DNA of 55,806 bases. Origin: Girardia tigrina. Taxonomy: Eukaryota. Below, one piece after another: positions 32,237 through 45,211 of the stretch. Position 1 is the stretch's first letter. The number at the start of each line of letters is the position of its first letter. The stretch is taken from contig MQRK01249281.1 in assembly GCA_001938485.1 (NCBI GenBank), forward strand, positions 1-55,806, read 5' to 3'. The notes under the pieces are model-generated. The model worked only from the letters and a program-made list of their open reading frames with translations, searched no databases and was not told the origin of the DNA. Position numbers and translations under genes: made by a program.

Positions 32237-35177
32237 TTGAAAGGACGATCAAATGTAGAATTTCATATAAAAGATGAAAATGTTCAGGGCCTTTTAGATA
32301 CAGGAGCCCGAGTGAATGTCATTAAAGCGGATTTAATCAAAGATATGAAAAATATTGAGATTAGAGAAACAAGAAAGCGTATTCACTGTGCGAATGATTC
32401 AGAACTTGTAAATTATGGAACTGTACAATTAAAGGTGATAATAGAAAGGGTACAGAAAACAATAGAGTTTTATGTTGTCAAAGAAATAGATCTGGAAATG
32501 ATTGCTGGTATAGATTTTTTTGGATAAATTTGGAATAAAACTGAAGAAAGAAGCATCAAATATCGATAGCATATTGGCAATTAGAGATAGCCCTTCTGAT
32601 GAAGATAGATTAAAAAGAATAAGAGAATTGTACAATACTACAAGTGAAAATGAGCTAATGGAACTTTTAGCAAAGTGCAGATCAATATTCATGGCTGATA
32701 AATGAGATATTGGAAAAACTTCGTTAGCCAAACACAATATAGAAACGCATGGAGAACCAGCACTAGTAAAACCGTATAGACAACCGAAACATTTTGAAGA
32801 GAAACTAGATGATATTATAAAACACTAAGAAGAAAACGATATTATCGCAAAGTGTAGTTCTCCTTGGAACTTTCCTTTAGTATGTGTTTTGAAAAGGAAA
32901 AGCAAGATATTCGAGTATGTGTAGATTTTCGTCAGTTAAAATAAAATAACCGTCCGACCAGCATTTCCAATGCCAAAAGTTGAAGATATGTTGAATACAC
33001 TAAATGGGCAAAATACTTTAGTACTATCGATTTGGGAAACGCTTACCATCAAGTAGAATTAGAAGATGAATCAAAAATTAAGACGGCATTCTCAACAAAG
33101 TGCGGTCAATACTGTTTCAAGAGGATGCCTTTTGGAATTGCTGCGGTCCCAGCAACTTTTCAGGAGCTAATGGTGAAGGTTTTGGGAGATTTGAATTGGA
33201 AAGAAGCAGTCGTATATTTGAATGATATTTTGATTTTCGCAAAAGATAAGAAAGAACATCTTCAAAGAATAAATGACGTATTTGAGAAGATTAAACAATC
33301 AGGTTTGAGAATAAATCCGGAGAAATGTCGATTTTTAGTAGAAAAGACTAAATTCTTAGGATATATCATAAGTAAAGATGGTATTGAAACAGATAAATCA
33401 AAGATTGATGCGATAAGCAAGTTTCAGAGCCCATCATGCATTAAACATTTACGAAGCTTTTTGGGCTTGACAAATTACTACAGAAAATTTATAAAGGATT
33501 ACGCAAGATATGCAAAAGTATTGGAAGGTTTATGTGGTAAAAATAAGGATAAGAAACTGATCTGGACTAAAGAATGTGATGAAGCCTTTCAAAAACTAAA
33601 AGACTGAATGATTAAAATTCCAATTTTGGCATATCCTGATTTTTCCAAAGACTTCATTCTTGATACAGATGCAAGTTTTGATACGATATGCGTGGTGTTA
33701 TCACAGAAAGACGAATGTGGAAGAGAAAGGGTGATTGCGTTTGGATCACATAAAATGAATAAACATGAACTATTGCATTGCAAGGAAAGACCTACTTGAT
33801 ATTTATTATTTCACACAACATTTTAAACATTTCTTGTATGGAAAAAGATTTTTGTTGCGAACAGATCATAAAGCTATTACGTTTATGATGACAACAAAGA
33901 ACCCTATCACACCACAGTTCCAAACATGGATAAATTTTCTGAGTAGTCTTGACATGAAAATGGAATATCGAAAAGGTGAAAAACATTCAAATGCTGAGGT
34001 AATGTCATGAAATTCGTGCGAACTATGCAATCAGTGTCAAACAATGCATGAAGAGGCCAAGAAAGGAAAGATTAAAACAAGAATACTGACATTAATTGAA
34101 GAATCAGATGGTTTTAAATGACAGAAGAATAATAATGAAATAAAACAAATAATCGAGGCCATAAGTAAAGGCAGAGCGAGAAAATGGGCATTAAAGAATG
34201 ATATCGTCATAAATCAAGATAATAAATACTGGATCCCAAAGGCAGAACGAGCAAATTTTGTTGAAGAAATGCACAAATTGTTGTATCATGCAGGTTGTAA
34301 AAAGGTCTATAACTACCTCCGAGATGATTTCGACATCGAAAATATGAGAGAATTTATAAAAGAAATCGTTCAAAGTTGCATAAATTGTCAGAAAAGGAGG
34401 ACATTAACAATCAAAAAGAAAGAAAAGAATATAAAGCAATTAGCGGATGAACCTTTCCAGAAAATATACATTGATTTTTGTGGACCATTCAAAAGAAATA
34501 TAAATGGATGTCAATATATATTTGCAATAATTGACCAGTTTAGTAGATATGCAGCAGCAAGTCAAGATGAAAAAACAGTTGGAAAATTGTTATTTGACAG
34601 ATGGATATGGAAATTCGGTCCACCAAAAGAAATCCACGTAGACAGAGGAAAAGCATTGGAATCAGTTTTGATCAAGGACATGGCGAAAAAATTTTAAGTT
34701 GAGGTATTCTATTCGAGTCCATATCATCATAACATAAATGGAATCGTAGAAAGACAGTTTCGCACGATCAGAGATGCTTTGAATATTAGAATGAAGGATG
34801 GAGATCATAAAGATTGGACAGAAGTCTTATCAGAAGTCGAGTTTATGTTAAATAGTACTGTACAAGCTACGACATGCATGTCACCGACCGAGATAGTATT
34901 TGGAAGAAAACTGAGATATTGGTGGAAAAGCAATTACGAAGATAAGAAAAATTTGAAAGTAGTTGAACCAAAAACAGAGACAAGAAGGATTTTTGAAGTC
35001 GGAGACAAAGTATTAATTAAGAAGGAAAATGTCTCAAAAGAAGATGACCGTTACATGGGTCCCGCAACAGTGGTGAAAAGAAATCATGAAAGAAGTTACG
35101 AGTTACAGCTTGAAGATGGAAGAAGTTTTATTAGAAATGTTGAATGGCTAAAGCCATTTAAATCGAGGGGGATGTGA
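32237..35177 (+). pseudogene. pol: protease, RT, RNase H, integrase (disrupted)
   Basis: LLDTGA protease; RMPFG and YLND (mutated YxDD); FILDTDAS; integrase H..H..C..C, IDFCGPF, HVDRG and NGIVER. Multiple stops and frameshifts. Confidence 0.93.
35165..35172 (+). promoter_or_regulatory. Polypurine tract
   Basis: GAGGGGGA immediately before the 3' LTR TG. Confidence 0.8.
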
Positions 35178-35602
35178 GGAATATTTAAATGTTTGATGTT
35201 TTGTGTTTGATTGTGTATGTTGATTTGGAAATGTGTCTCTCCTACCCAGATGGATGATTAATATTTGAATTCTTATTATCTAAAAATATGTTATGTTTAA
35301 ATTTATTTTTAATTTCAAATAATTTTACAATTTTAAATAAGATAATTAGTTTTTACAATTTTTAATAAATAAATCAAATTAATATTTTTTAAATAAATAA
35401 TAACCATTTTAATTATTATCGAATAAGTTTTGAGTAAATATTTTATTAAAATATTTATTTCTCCATTTGCTAAAAAAATAATAAGAATTAATTCATTAAT
35501 CAATTTAGTTTAGAATGCAAAGGTACGAAAGCTTTGACAAACATTGTCTTAAGAACAATCAAAATTGTTGTTTAAATAAAAATATGAAAAGTCAAATTGG
35601 TG
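35173..35602 (+). repeat. 3' LTR, missing its last 9 bp
   Basis: Collinear with 30523-30955; homology stops at CAAATTGGTG. Confidence 0.9.
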
Positions 35603-35938
35603 GTGTCAAACATTTTTGCTGTGCGGGCCACTTGATACAACAGAAATGCAACGGCGAGCCACAACAGAAATGTCAAGTACATTATCAAACACAGAAAAAA
35701 CTGTTTAACTAAGTATAAAAGAAAACATTTATTCAAAAAAAACATTTATTCTAAAAGAAACCATGCTACAGTACTATAATAACACTAGCTGTTTATGCTT
35801 TTAGTGAAAATTTAGTCACTGTTATGTAAAATTACACTATTTGTGGTTCTATTTAGATTTGTGAGACTTCTGACGCTGGCGCACGATTTGCCTCTGAGGG
35901 CCGCAAGTGGCCCGCAGGCCGCCACTTTGACACCTCTG
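35600..35938. mobile_element. hAT-type MITE with a clipped left end
   Basis: GTGGTGTCAAAC...GCGGGCC / GGCCCGCAGGCCGCCACTTTGACACCTCTG. Confidence 0.75.
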
Positions 35939-36307
35939 ATTTAGATCTTGCGATATATTTATAATCGTTATTTTTATAATCTTAATTATATCTTTGATTA
36001 ATTAAAAATATCAAATAAGGTAAATAGGGTAGTGAAACTACGTAATGTGGGAATCATATTTTAATTAATTGTTTTTTATGTTCAATAGACACTTGTTAAT
36101 AATAAATATTTATAAACAGGAATTGTGCAACAACAACGGCATATTTTATTAACTATGTGTGACATTTTCGCACTCATGCGGAAACCCTCTTTAAGGACCA
36201 CAAATGACGCACCATTTATCAGTTCTATTTTTTATATTTCTTAAATTTAGAGTTACATATTTGTAGAACAACAAATGCATGATTCCACTTTTCTTCTACA
36301 GATCAAA

Positions 36308-36348
<41 letters not shown>

Positions 36349-39300
36349 AATATCAATACTACTGTTACATTTTTGACGGGATAATTTTTAAAATATTTAG
36401 ATTCTTCTTAAAGTATTAATTTTTATTTCAATTTTAAATTATACAATTTCGTTATTGAACTTAATTTATTTTACGTTTTCATGAATCGGATGATGTAAAG
36501 AATCTAATGTCACTTATAAATGCTGTTTTCTCTTTGACAATATTATCTTTTCCGTTATATTCCCTTTCAATTCATTTAATCCAGCCAGGCTTATACTTTG
36601 TTTGACTTTAAAAATGTGTGGCATTGTTTAGTTTCTTGTTCAGATTTATGTATCCTAAAATTGAAAATACCCAATAAAAGCGTCCAAGCCGCATTTAAAA
36701 TAAATTTAAATAATCATATTTTCGGCTAGGAAAATAAATACAACCTTTTATAACATTAAAGAATTAAACTATCTTGACTGTCTTACCAAATTAAGAACTC
36801 TAATCATTCAGTAGTAAAAAAATATTTTCAAAGGTGAAGTAAAAATTCAAAATGGTAATTCATTTTTTTCTTTGTTGCATCCAAAAAATAATTAACTTTA
36901 TACTGACATTCGTACTTTGCAGAGAGAAATCTTCATCTCGAAACATGGACTAATAAATATTCACATCCCATTCGAATGGGTAAGGTATATTGACCATTGT
37001 CGTTTTTGCAAATCCTGACTATTTGAACGAAAACTAGAAGTTAAAAAATACTTTTAAGAATAAAATTTCAATAAAAATAATTACAAATTATAAGGAGTTA
37101 GTTAAAAATTAATCTCGCCAAATAACCAATTTAGAAAATTCAAATTTTATATTATTAATTTAAAAATTAAAAACAAACTAAATTCATAAATCGAAAATCT
37201 ATTTAAAAATTATATAAAAAACTGTAATTTAAAATTGCAAAAATTAAAACATGTTAATTGAATATTTTAAAAAAGTATACATCAAAATTAAAAAAAAGAA
37301 CTTAATTTAAAAATACTCAAAAATGGAAATATGTTAATTTAAAATTTTCATAAAAACATACAAATACAAATGAAATTTTTAAAACTTTTTAAAAAAATGG
37401 ATATTACAAAAATCCTAAAAGTTAAATAAATGTTTATTAAAAGAAAAGATAAAAAATAAAAGATAACAAAATTTGAAGTATTTAATTTAAAATAAGAAAC
37501 TTATTTTGAAATAAATTAATTTAATTAAAAGCCATTTAAATAATTTCAAAATTTATAAGAAAAAAATGATTAACTAAATAAATAAAGTTCTAAATAAAAA
37601 TCGATTTCTTTTAAAAAAAGGAGAAACGATTATACAAATGACAACATTTTTAAAAGAAAAGGAGACGAAAATTTGTTTTTAAATTTATATATAATACCAT
37701 TATATATATAAAAGCCCAATGTTTCATCTGCGTAACGCTCAAAATACATACACTCTCTCTCACACACATATGCATGCACAGCCACATAAACTCAACACAT
37801 GCATACCGATGCACACAGTCCGTTTATGTAATTAACGATTTGATCTTGCAATCTATTCGGTCGATTTGTTATTGAAAATCGTTGTTTTTTCAATATCAGA
37901 ATTCTTTCGTGTAAGTTTGATTTCTGTGAAATAAAAATTGATTTTTCATTTGTAAATTATTTTGATTTATTTTGAAATTTCTTCTATAAAGAAAAGCTTT
38001 ATTTGTTCGATGTGATAATGATTCATTTTTCCTGTTGACTCTGTGTGTAGCGTAATATTTTTTTATTATTTGTTTGACCTCTGTTATGATTATTATTACA
38101 CTGATATTGTTACCTTTATCAAAAGGTGGCTATTATTACTGATATAGTTGTTATAATTTGAGAAATAAATTTTCCGAACTCAAGTTAGTTTCAATGATTG
38201 AGAATTTGTTGTTTGAGAAAGAGTTTTGAGGTGACATTTATGGAGAAAAATAATATATGTCAGTCACATTATGATATAAATGCAAAATGGTGGAGGAACC
38301 GAAGCTAATCCACACGAAGACGTAGTTAATCTGGATAGCCCGCATCAAAACGGTCCTGCAGTTGCAGCGCTTTCACTGAAAAACGCTGAGAAGCCACTGT
38401 AATTACCATTAATCAACAATTTTTTATAGTGAGTTTCTACATCCTAAAACAATTTATGAGTATAATAAATTATTAAAATTTTACCATTAAAAATTTTTTA
38501 TAATCAATAAATTTTTATCAATAATAAACTTTTATCATTAATAATTTTTAACCATAAATAAATTTTAACCTTCAATAAATTCTTACCAGCAATAATTTTT
38601 TACCAATAATTAATTTTTACCAAAAAAAATTTTTACCCCAGTTTCTACTGTTGCTCCTTTATAATGGGATTCAAAAATAAAGTGGATCAACAAATTAAAT
38701 TAATTCTTAAACTTAATTTAAAAAATAATCTTGTTTTAATATTCAGCAGAATTTTGTTTGTATAATAAAAAATATACATCTTTGATTTAAAAATTTATCT
38801 GTAAGTTTTTGGTGGATTTATTTATTCATTCATTTATATCCACAATTTTAAATGTTCTATGAGACTTCCCTCGTGTCTCGAAACTCCACACCGACAAAAT
38901 CGACCAACTGTTAAATTAACACCAAATTTAAAACAAAAATTATAATTATGATTTTAAAATTTAAACAGAAACTTTCAAAGAAGACAATTCAGCTCTTCCG
39001 TCATATATGACGGGTCTTTTTCAAGTTAATAAGATTTTGATAATTATGAATACTCGTTCGATTTTTGAAAACGACATAAACGCAACAAATATAAATGAAT
39101 AAAAATATACTAAAGAATAAAGAAACAATTAAATAAATAAAACAAATATTTTTTCTGATCATTAGTTCGACAATTAATGGAATAATTAACCTGGGAATAA
39201 AATTATCCCTCATCCTGGAAGTGTTTAAAAACTCACGAAGTATACGAACTGACATGAGTGGAAAATATTATGATTGACAAGATTTTTTAGAAACAGGAGC

Positions 39301-39714
39301 GAACGACTGGCTCCACATATTCATATGAATTCAATTAAAAATTACTTACATTATTGCAAATTGTATAAAAGTATAAATTATAAAAGATTAAAATAGTAAT
39401 AATTTCAATAACGTGTGTGTGAGAACAATTTTGTATATTTTTATTGTAAATATTACATAAAATTATTAAAAAACAGTTAAATTTTATTATTAAACCGAAA
39501 ATGAAGGGAGAATATTAAATTTAATTAAAATGATATCAAGAATAAAAAGTATTTCTGAAAAAAGTAGAATCAAAAAAGCAGGAAACTGATTTAAAACATG
39601 ACTTAAAAATACACGTTCGGAACGTTTCAGAGACAATTTTTTTGCAGATATATACGGGTATAATGAAATGGTTAACAATAAAAAGCGTATCATTAAAATC
39701 CCTGTCATTCAATT

Positions 39715-40160
39715 CTTTCTTTCTTTTTGACCTTAGCCGTTGGGCCATGGGTGCACCCAATTATGTACAAGCCTTCGCCACATCTCTCTATTTGTAGGCT
39801 CTCTTAGACCCGCCATGCTCAATCCACTCCATTCTTTTAATTTGTCTGTCCATTGTCTTTTTGGTATTCCTCTTTGTCTTTCTCATTCCACTCTTCCTTC
39901 AATCATATCTTTCGCTAGTGCTTGTTTTCTTATCTCATGTCCATCAAATTTCAGCTTCGTTCTCTTGATGGTCTCTTCTATTGATTCCGGTCTTAAGAGT
40001 AGCTTTATCATAGCGCTTATTGCAATATCAATTCGATTTCTGATTTCTTCTGACATTCCTTCACTCTCTGGGATAGTAGAGCCTAAGTATTTGAAACTCA
40101 TAACTTGTTCCAGCTTCTCCCCGTCAATGTCGATCTCCAGTTGCCGGTTTTATCTTGCTT
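39715..40160 (-). mobile_element. RTE-clade LINE 3' fragment
   Basis: Minus strand FKYLGSTI...MIEGRVE*ERQRGIPKRQWTD, followed by a short A-rich tail. Confidence 0.8.
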
Positions 40161-40199
40161 AAAAAAATAAAAATCATCAGACTGAGGCAAATAAAAAAT

Positions 40200-41655
40200 T
40201 GATCGATGATTTTTTTAAAGATAATGTTGTTCTCAGAGGTCCGCAAAATTTATATATGGTTATTCAAATAGATCTTCCCCTGTTAATGTTAATTTGATTT
40301 GTAGTATTTGTAGTTCTTTCAGTAAAAACTTTTCTTTCTAGCAGATATTACTACTTCGAATAGTGTTTTATCTGTTTCTTCAGACTGGTCCATTTTATAA
40401 TTTCAATGCAGAAATTTAAAAGCTTTTTGGGGGCCTACATGGTATAAAATACTGTGACAGAGTTTGATAAATTCCTTTTTTTCTCTTATTTCATTAATTT
40501 CTTTACAAGTTTCTTGTAGCGATGCTATTGGATTTTCCTGGTCCATTGCCAACAATCTCGTTCGTCTTTCATCTACATATTCCATGCGATACTGCTTACA
40601 CAACTTAGTATTTGTTCTTATAATTGCATTGGCGTTACAGTAGCTCTCTCTTTTCTGTTATTCTAATTTAATGTTTAGGCTGTTTAAAAAATTTATCGAA
40701 TTCTGGAATTTCGCAGTAATCGGATTTCTCGTTGTCAACTTAAATTTGATGGTTTAGTGGTTAGTCCTTAAGATGAATCTTTTACTATATATATAATGTT
40801 TAAAATGTTGTGTGAAATGAAATAATGACATCAATTCTTTCTTACTTATGTGATATCAAATTTTCTTCTTTGTCATGTTCCGAGGTCCAAAAGCTATGAA
40901 TCTTTTTCGGCCCTCTCTATATATTTGGGACAGTACTGCTCCAATTGTATTAAAACTCGAACCTGTGACAATGAATTCTCGTGAAAAATTCGGATATCTT
41001 AGTATAGATGTGTTCTTTTCTCTTTTTTAGTTTATCGCAGTATTTTTATTTTTAGAATTTATCAATCATTCTAACGGTATTGAATATCTTGAATAGTCCT
41101 TAATAAAATTCCAATAATAATTGACAAAACCGTTGGAAACATTTCACATGTTTAACTCATTTTGGTCTTTCAAATTTCTTTATAACATCAGTCTTTGTTC
41201 CTTCAGGATTCACCTCATGACTTAAAAATTTTATTTCTTGTATAAGGAATTTACACTTGCTAGTGTTAAACTTCAATCTTGAGTTAGATATTCTGGTGAA
41301 TAATTTCTCCATTATCCTTATGTAATCATCCAAAGTCTTAGAGAAAACAAAAATGTTATCCAGGTATTCTAGACTCTCTATCCAATTCATATCTGCGATA
41401 AATATAGTCATCAATTTTTCGAGAGTCGATGGAGCTTCTGCAATGACGAAAGAAATATTGATCATATTTCGTAGAGAATCCAGTCTTTTTTTACACTTCC
41501 TCTAATTTGTCTCTTTAATATACTTTACCCAAATTAATAGTTGAAAAATATTTTGATCCGTACAGAGAATCCAATATGTCGTAAATATTCGGTAGTAGAA
41601 AAGCTGGTCTCACATAATTAGCATTTAATAATCTGAAATCTAAACACAACCGTTA
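40200..41655 (-). mobile_element. Degenerate Gypsy pol fragment (RT-RNaseH-integrase)
   Basis: CLDFRLLN, YLDNIFVFSKT, KCKFL..IKFL, YPNFSREFI, FIKLCHSILYHVGPQK. Confidence 0.85.
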
Positions 41656-43203
41656 TGTTCTGAGTTCTTCTGAGATGAAATAATAGCACAAAAATAAAAT
41701 AATAAACACAACTATTGTTTTTCTTTTCAAAAAAATATTTGGAGGAACCATTTTTGTTTTATTTTTAATCTCAAACCATTATAGATAAAAATATTATAAA
41801 TATGAATAAATTTTAATTTATTGTTATCATTTTATAATTTCTCAAATTAACATTTTTTATAATTCAACTATTTTTACTATTTTAAATAGTCTATTTCTAT
41901 CTTTTCTTATTATCATTTCACATATTTTCAATATTTAAAATTGTACAATTTATAACTTGACAGCACTTATCATTTCATATATTCCTGGTTCACATTGTTT
42001 TTAGATTTCTGAATTTCACCGCATTTACGATTTTGAATTTTTTAATTTTACAATTTTTTTAATTTAATAATTTTACAATATCTATAATTTAATGATCTCT
42101 TAATTTCACGTATATAAATATTTTTACACTTTGACATTTGTGATGGAGAAAACGAGAATCCGAAAGATAAGGAAATATAAATTCCGTTGTTTTAGTGCAT
42201 GGAGTTAATTGTCACAATTTTAAAAAACACTGATCGATTTACCGTTTTAGAGGGAATATATTTTCCGTGTGATTAGTATTTTTATTGAAGTATTCAACAA
42301 ACAATATTTTTACAAATTTACTCATTTTTTATAATTTACTAATTTAACAAATTTTAATGTTTAAAAATTTATATAAATTTCATCTTAACAACAACAATAA
42401 TAATAAGAAAAATAATAGTCATAATAGTTGATCTTCATGCAGAGGTTACAGATTGCTATTTATTTCTGTTAAACCAAATTTGAAATAGTTCGTACTTAAA
42501 TAATTTGATTATAAAAGATTATAAAAAATTTTTTCAAAAAACTAGGGACATAACTTTTTCAGATTTTTTGAGGATAACCTGAAAATACTCGGACTCAAAC
42601 GACCTCTGACTACGAAAATAGTTGTCAACAGTTTAAAAAATGATGAAAATCTATTCATCTAAGTTATAATTGCTACAAAAGTAATTGTTACAAATTGTTT
42701 CTATTGTTATTAAAGTCAGTCTCTTCAAAATAGATTTTCTTATTACTTAATTCTAAATTTAATAATTTTTTCTCAAATTATTAGATATACGGTACCTTCG
42801 TGACATCTCATTGCAAAATAAGTACCAGTCTTAATTTTATAAATTCTGAATCGTGACAAGAATTTATGATATGCTTGGGGCTTTTTGGGTTCTTTGGGTT
42901 TTGGGGTCCCTACATTAAAATTTGTTCAACTCGAAATAAGCTTAGTAATATTTCTCTTTTAATTAGAAGTATTGATAGAGTTGCCATCAACCAACAACAA
43001 AAAGAAGGACACATTCGAAGTAAGGAAAGTCTTTAAAAAGTAAGGACGGATCACAACCCTTGTTTTGCGAGCAAAACGTTTATCTGTTTATTTTTTTTTA
43101 AAAAAAAGAGAAAAGACGAGTTAAGATTTATTGTGTGAATTTATTATATAAATTTATATAAAATATTATATATTATATTTTTATATATTATATTGGATTT
43201 GCC

Positions 43204-43500
43204 TCATATATCAAAAAATATTTTTTCAATTTGGAGCTGATTGTCGTTTTGATTGAATGTGGACCGATAGCATTGGGGAATATCGTTGAATTTCTTTTGA
43301 AAGAAGAAAATGTTGATGCGACAAATGAAAGTGAGGACAGATTCTCGTCGACTGTTGAGTTGGTGATCGATTTCTCTGGGGAACGGGATGTCGATAAGTT
43401 TATGAAGTCCTTCCAAGAGAGATTGAAGAGCGATCCGAATTTGTTGAGGAGGATCATCGCAGATATGGACTGTGAAATAGTTTTTTATTCTTCCCGGCCC
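43204..43500 (+). other. Unidentified protein-coding-like segment
   Basis: GC-richer open frame LELIVVLIECGPIALGNIVEFLLKEENVD...FQERLKSDPNLLRRII. No recognised domain and no clear splice sites. Confidence 0.35.
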
Positions 43501-43773
43501 CACCACCGGCCCCCCTCGACTACAGGGTGCTGCAGCCGCGCAGCGCACGCTTGCTTATCAACCCTAATCATCGAAAGATATACAAGTCATTTATTAATAC
43601 ATTTTTTAGTATATATATATTAAATTTTAAATATTATGTTTATTCGGGATTCAATTATCGTTACCATATTGTTAATAGCAATTAATTATCTATATCTATA
43701 TGTATATGTATATATATATATATNNNNNNNNNNNNNNNNNNNNNNNNNNNNNNNNNNNNNNNNNNNNNNNNNN

Positions 43774-43817
<44 letters not shown>

Positions 43818-44125
43818 TGGATCCCGCGTTCTCTTTTTTTCATTCGCCTTGAAAAAACTAAGAAACAAAACTTTTTTGTGATTCTAATTGTTTTTTATGT
43901 TTGTAGCTTTACAATAAAAATTTTGTAAAAAATTTTAGTTGGAAATTAATTTTAATAGTTTTTTTAAAAAAAAGATTAATGCGAAAAAATTGTAAAAAGA
44001 ATTTGTTTAAATAGATCGGATGATATTGAAGGTTGAAAATTTGAAATGTATTAATAATCGATCGAAATTGCCTTTACTTATCATTTTCTTTTTTCTTTAT
44101 CATTTTTCTTTGGAGTTTTATCGAG

Positions 44126-44656
44126 ATGAAACGAATCAGTGATTTGAATAACAAATTCGACAATGTCTTGAGAAAAACTGGGCTTGCCGGATGCAGTTAT
44201 TTCAGTATTTACGAGCTACAAATCGACGATCTGATTGGCGAATACCGCAGATGTCTCTCTTGCTTAATTGAGACTTGCCACAAGAAATTCGATCTGATTT
44301 TCCTATTTTGCTGTATCCTGTAGCAACTGGTAAATGAGTACTAGCACACGGATACGAGCGAAGCGAAGCAATTCTTTGATGACATTTGGCGGTTGATTTC
44401 CGTGTAGTCAAACGAGACCAATGAGGATTTACAGTTGAAATATCCAGCTTCTGCTAATTCCAATAATTCGGTGAAAAATATCGACCTAGAAAAAGAAGAT
44501 CGCGAGATGTTTGTTAATACTATTCTGCTGCGGATGATCAAGCAGCATCAAATCAAAGTAAAACGGGCCCAGCAAAATGAGAAAGTTTCCCTGCGCAACC
44601 CTGTTACCTACGTCCGATTCTCGGGGCAACCTGAGTGTCGGGCGGATCAATGTTAA
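44126..44656 (+). pseudogene. Unidentified coding fragment: one 177-codon frame broken by three TAG codons
   Basis: ORFs 44126..44323 and 44435..44656 are in the same frame, with TAG at 44321, 44342 and 44405. Confidence 0.5.
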
Positions 44657-44990
44657 ATTATTTACAAATGTTTTAAAGAGCACATTAAGGATTTTTCCTT
44701 TACTTCAAATTGAAGTAATTTTAAAGACTATTTTAAAATTAAAAGAAGTAAAAACTCTAAATTCACAAAAAAAATTAAAAGATTCGAATAATTTTTTTAC
44801 AAAATTTTTTTAAATAAATATGAACGGAATTCCTCAATGAACAATCAACAATCCACAAAAGAATGAATGAATAAATGTATTAGGAATTAACAAATAATCA
44901 ACACAATAAAAATATTTAGACATAATTGCGTTGTTCTAAGCTGATACATATTTTTATGCTATTTTAATAGATATAACTGTCCTTTTTCAG

Positions 44991-45211
44991 GCAGTAGAAT
45001 TGGATAAAACTGAGCAACAGGAATTTCGTGGCGACCACGAACAAGGGGTAAATATTATCGTCTATACAATCAAATAATTGCTTATGAATTGTAGAGAACC
45101 TATCGTATAATGAGCTATGAAGTTACTGAAAAGAATGATACATTCAACAAACAAATGGGTATGAACTGTTCTGAGCCAAGCAGCGTACCTAATTTTATCG
45201 GAAGCCTCTAA
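44991..45211 (+). other. Candidate pair of terminal exons (44991-45047, 45095-45211) of an unknown gene
   Basis: ttttcag acceptor, GGG|gtaaat donor, 47-nt intron ending ttgtag, and a frame open to TAA at 45211. Confidence 0.3.

Larger units (their letters stand above)
30523..35602 (+). mobile_element. Ty3/Gypsy LTR retrotransposon, near full length (~5.1 kb), coding region disabled
   Basis: Paired LTRs (roughly 96% identical by eye), PBS, PPT, and gag-PR-RT-RNaseH-IN order. Confidence 0.96.

Noticed and set aside
42980-42991. GTTGCCATCAAC as an RFX X-box upstream of the unknown 43.2-kb frame
   Set aside because: Only one good half-site with wrong spacing, and no supported gene start.
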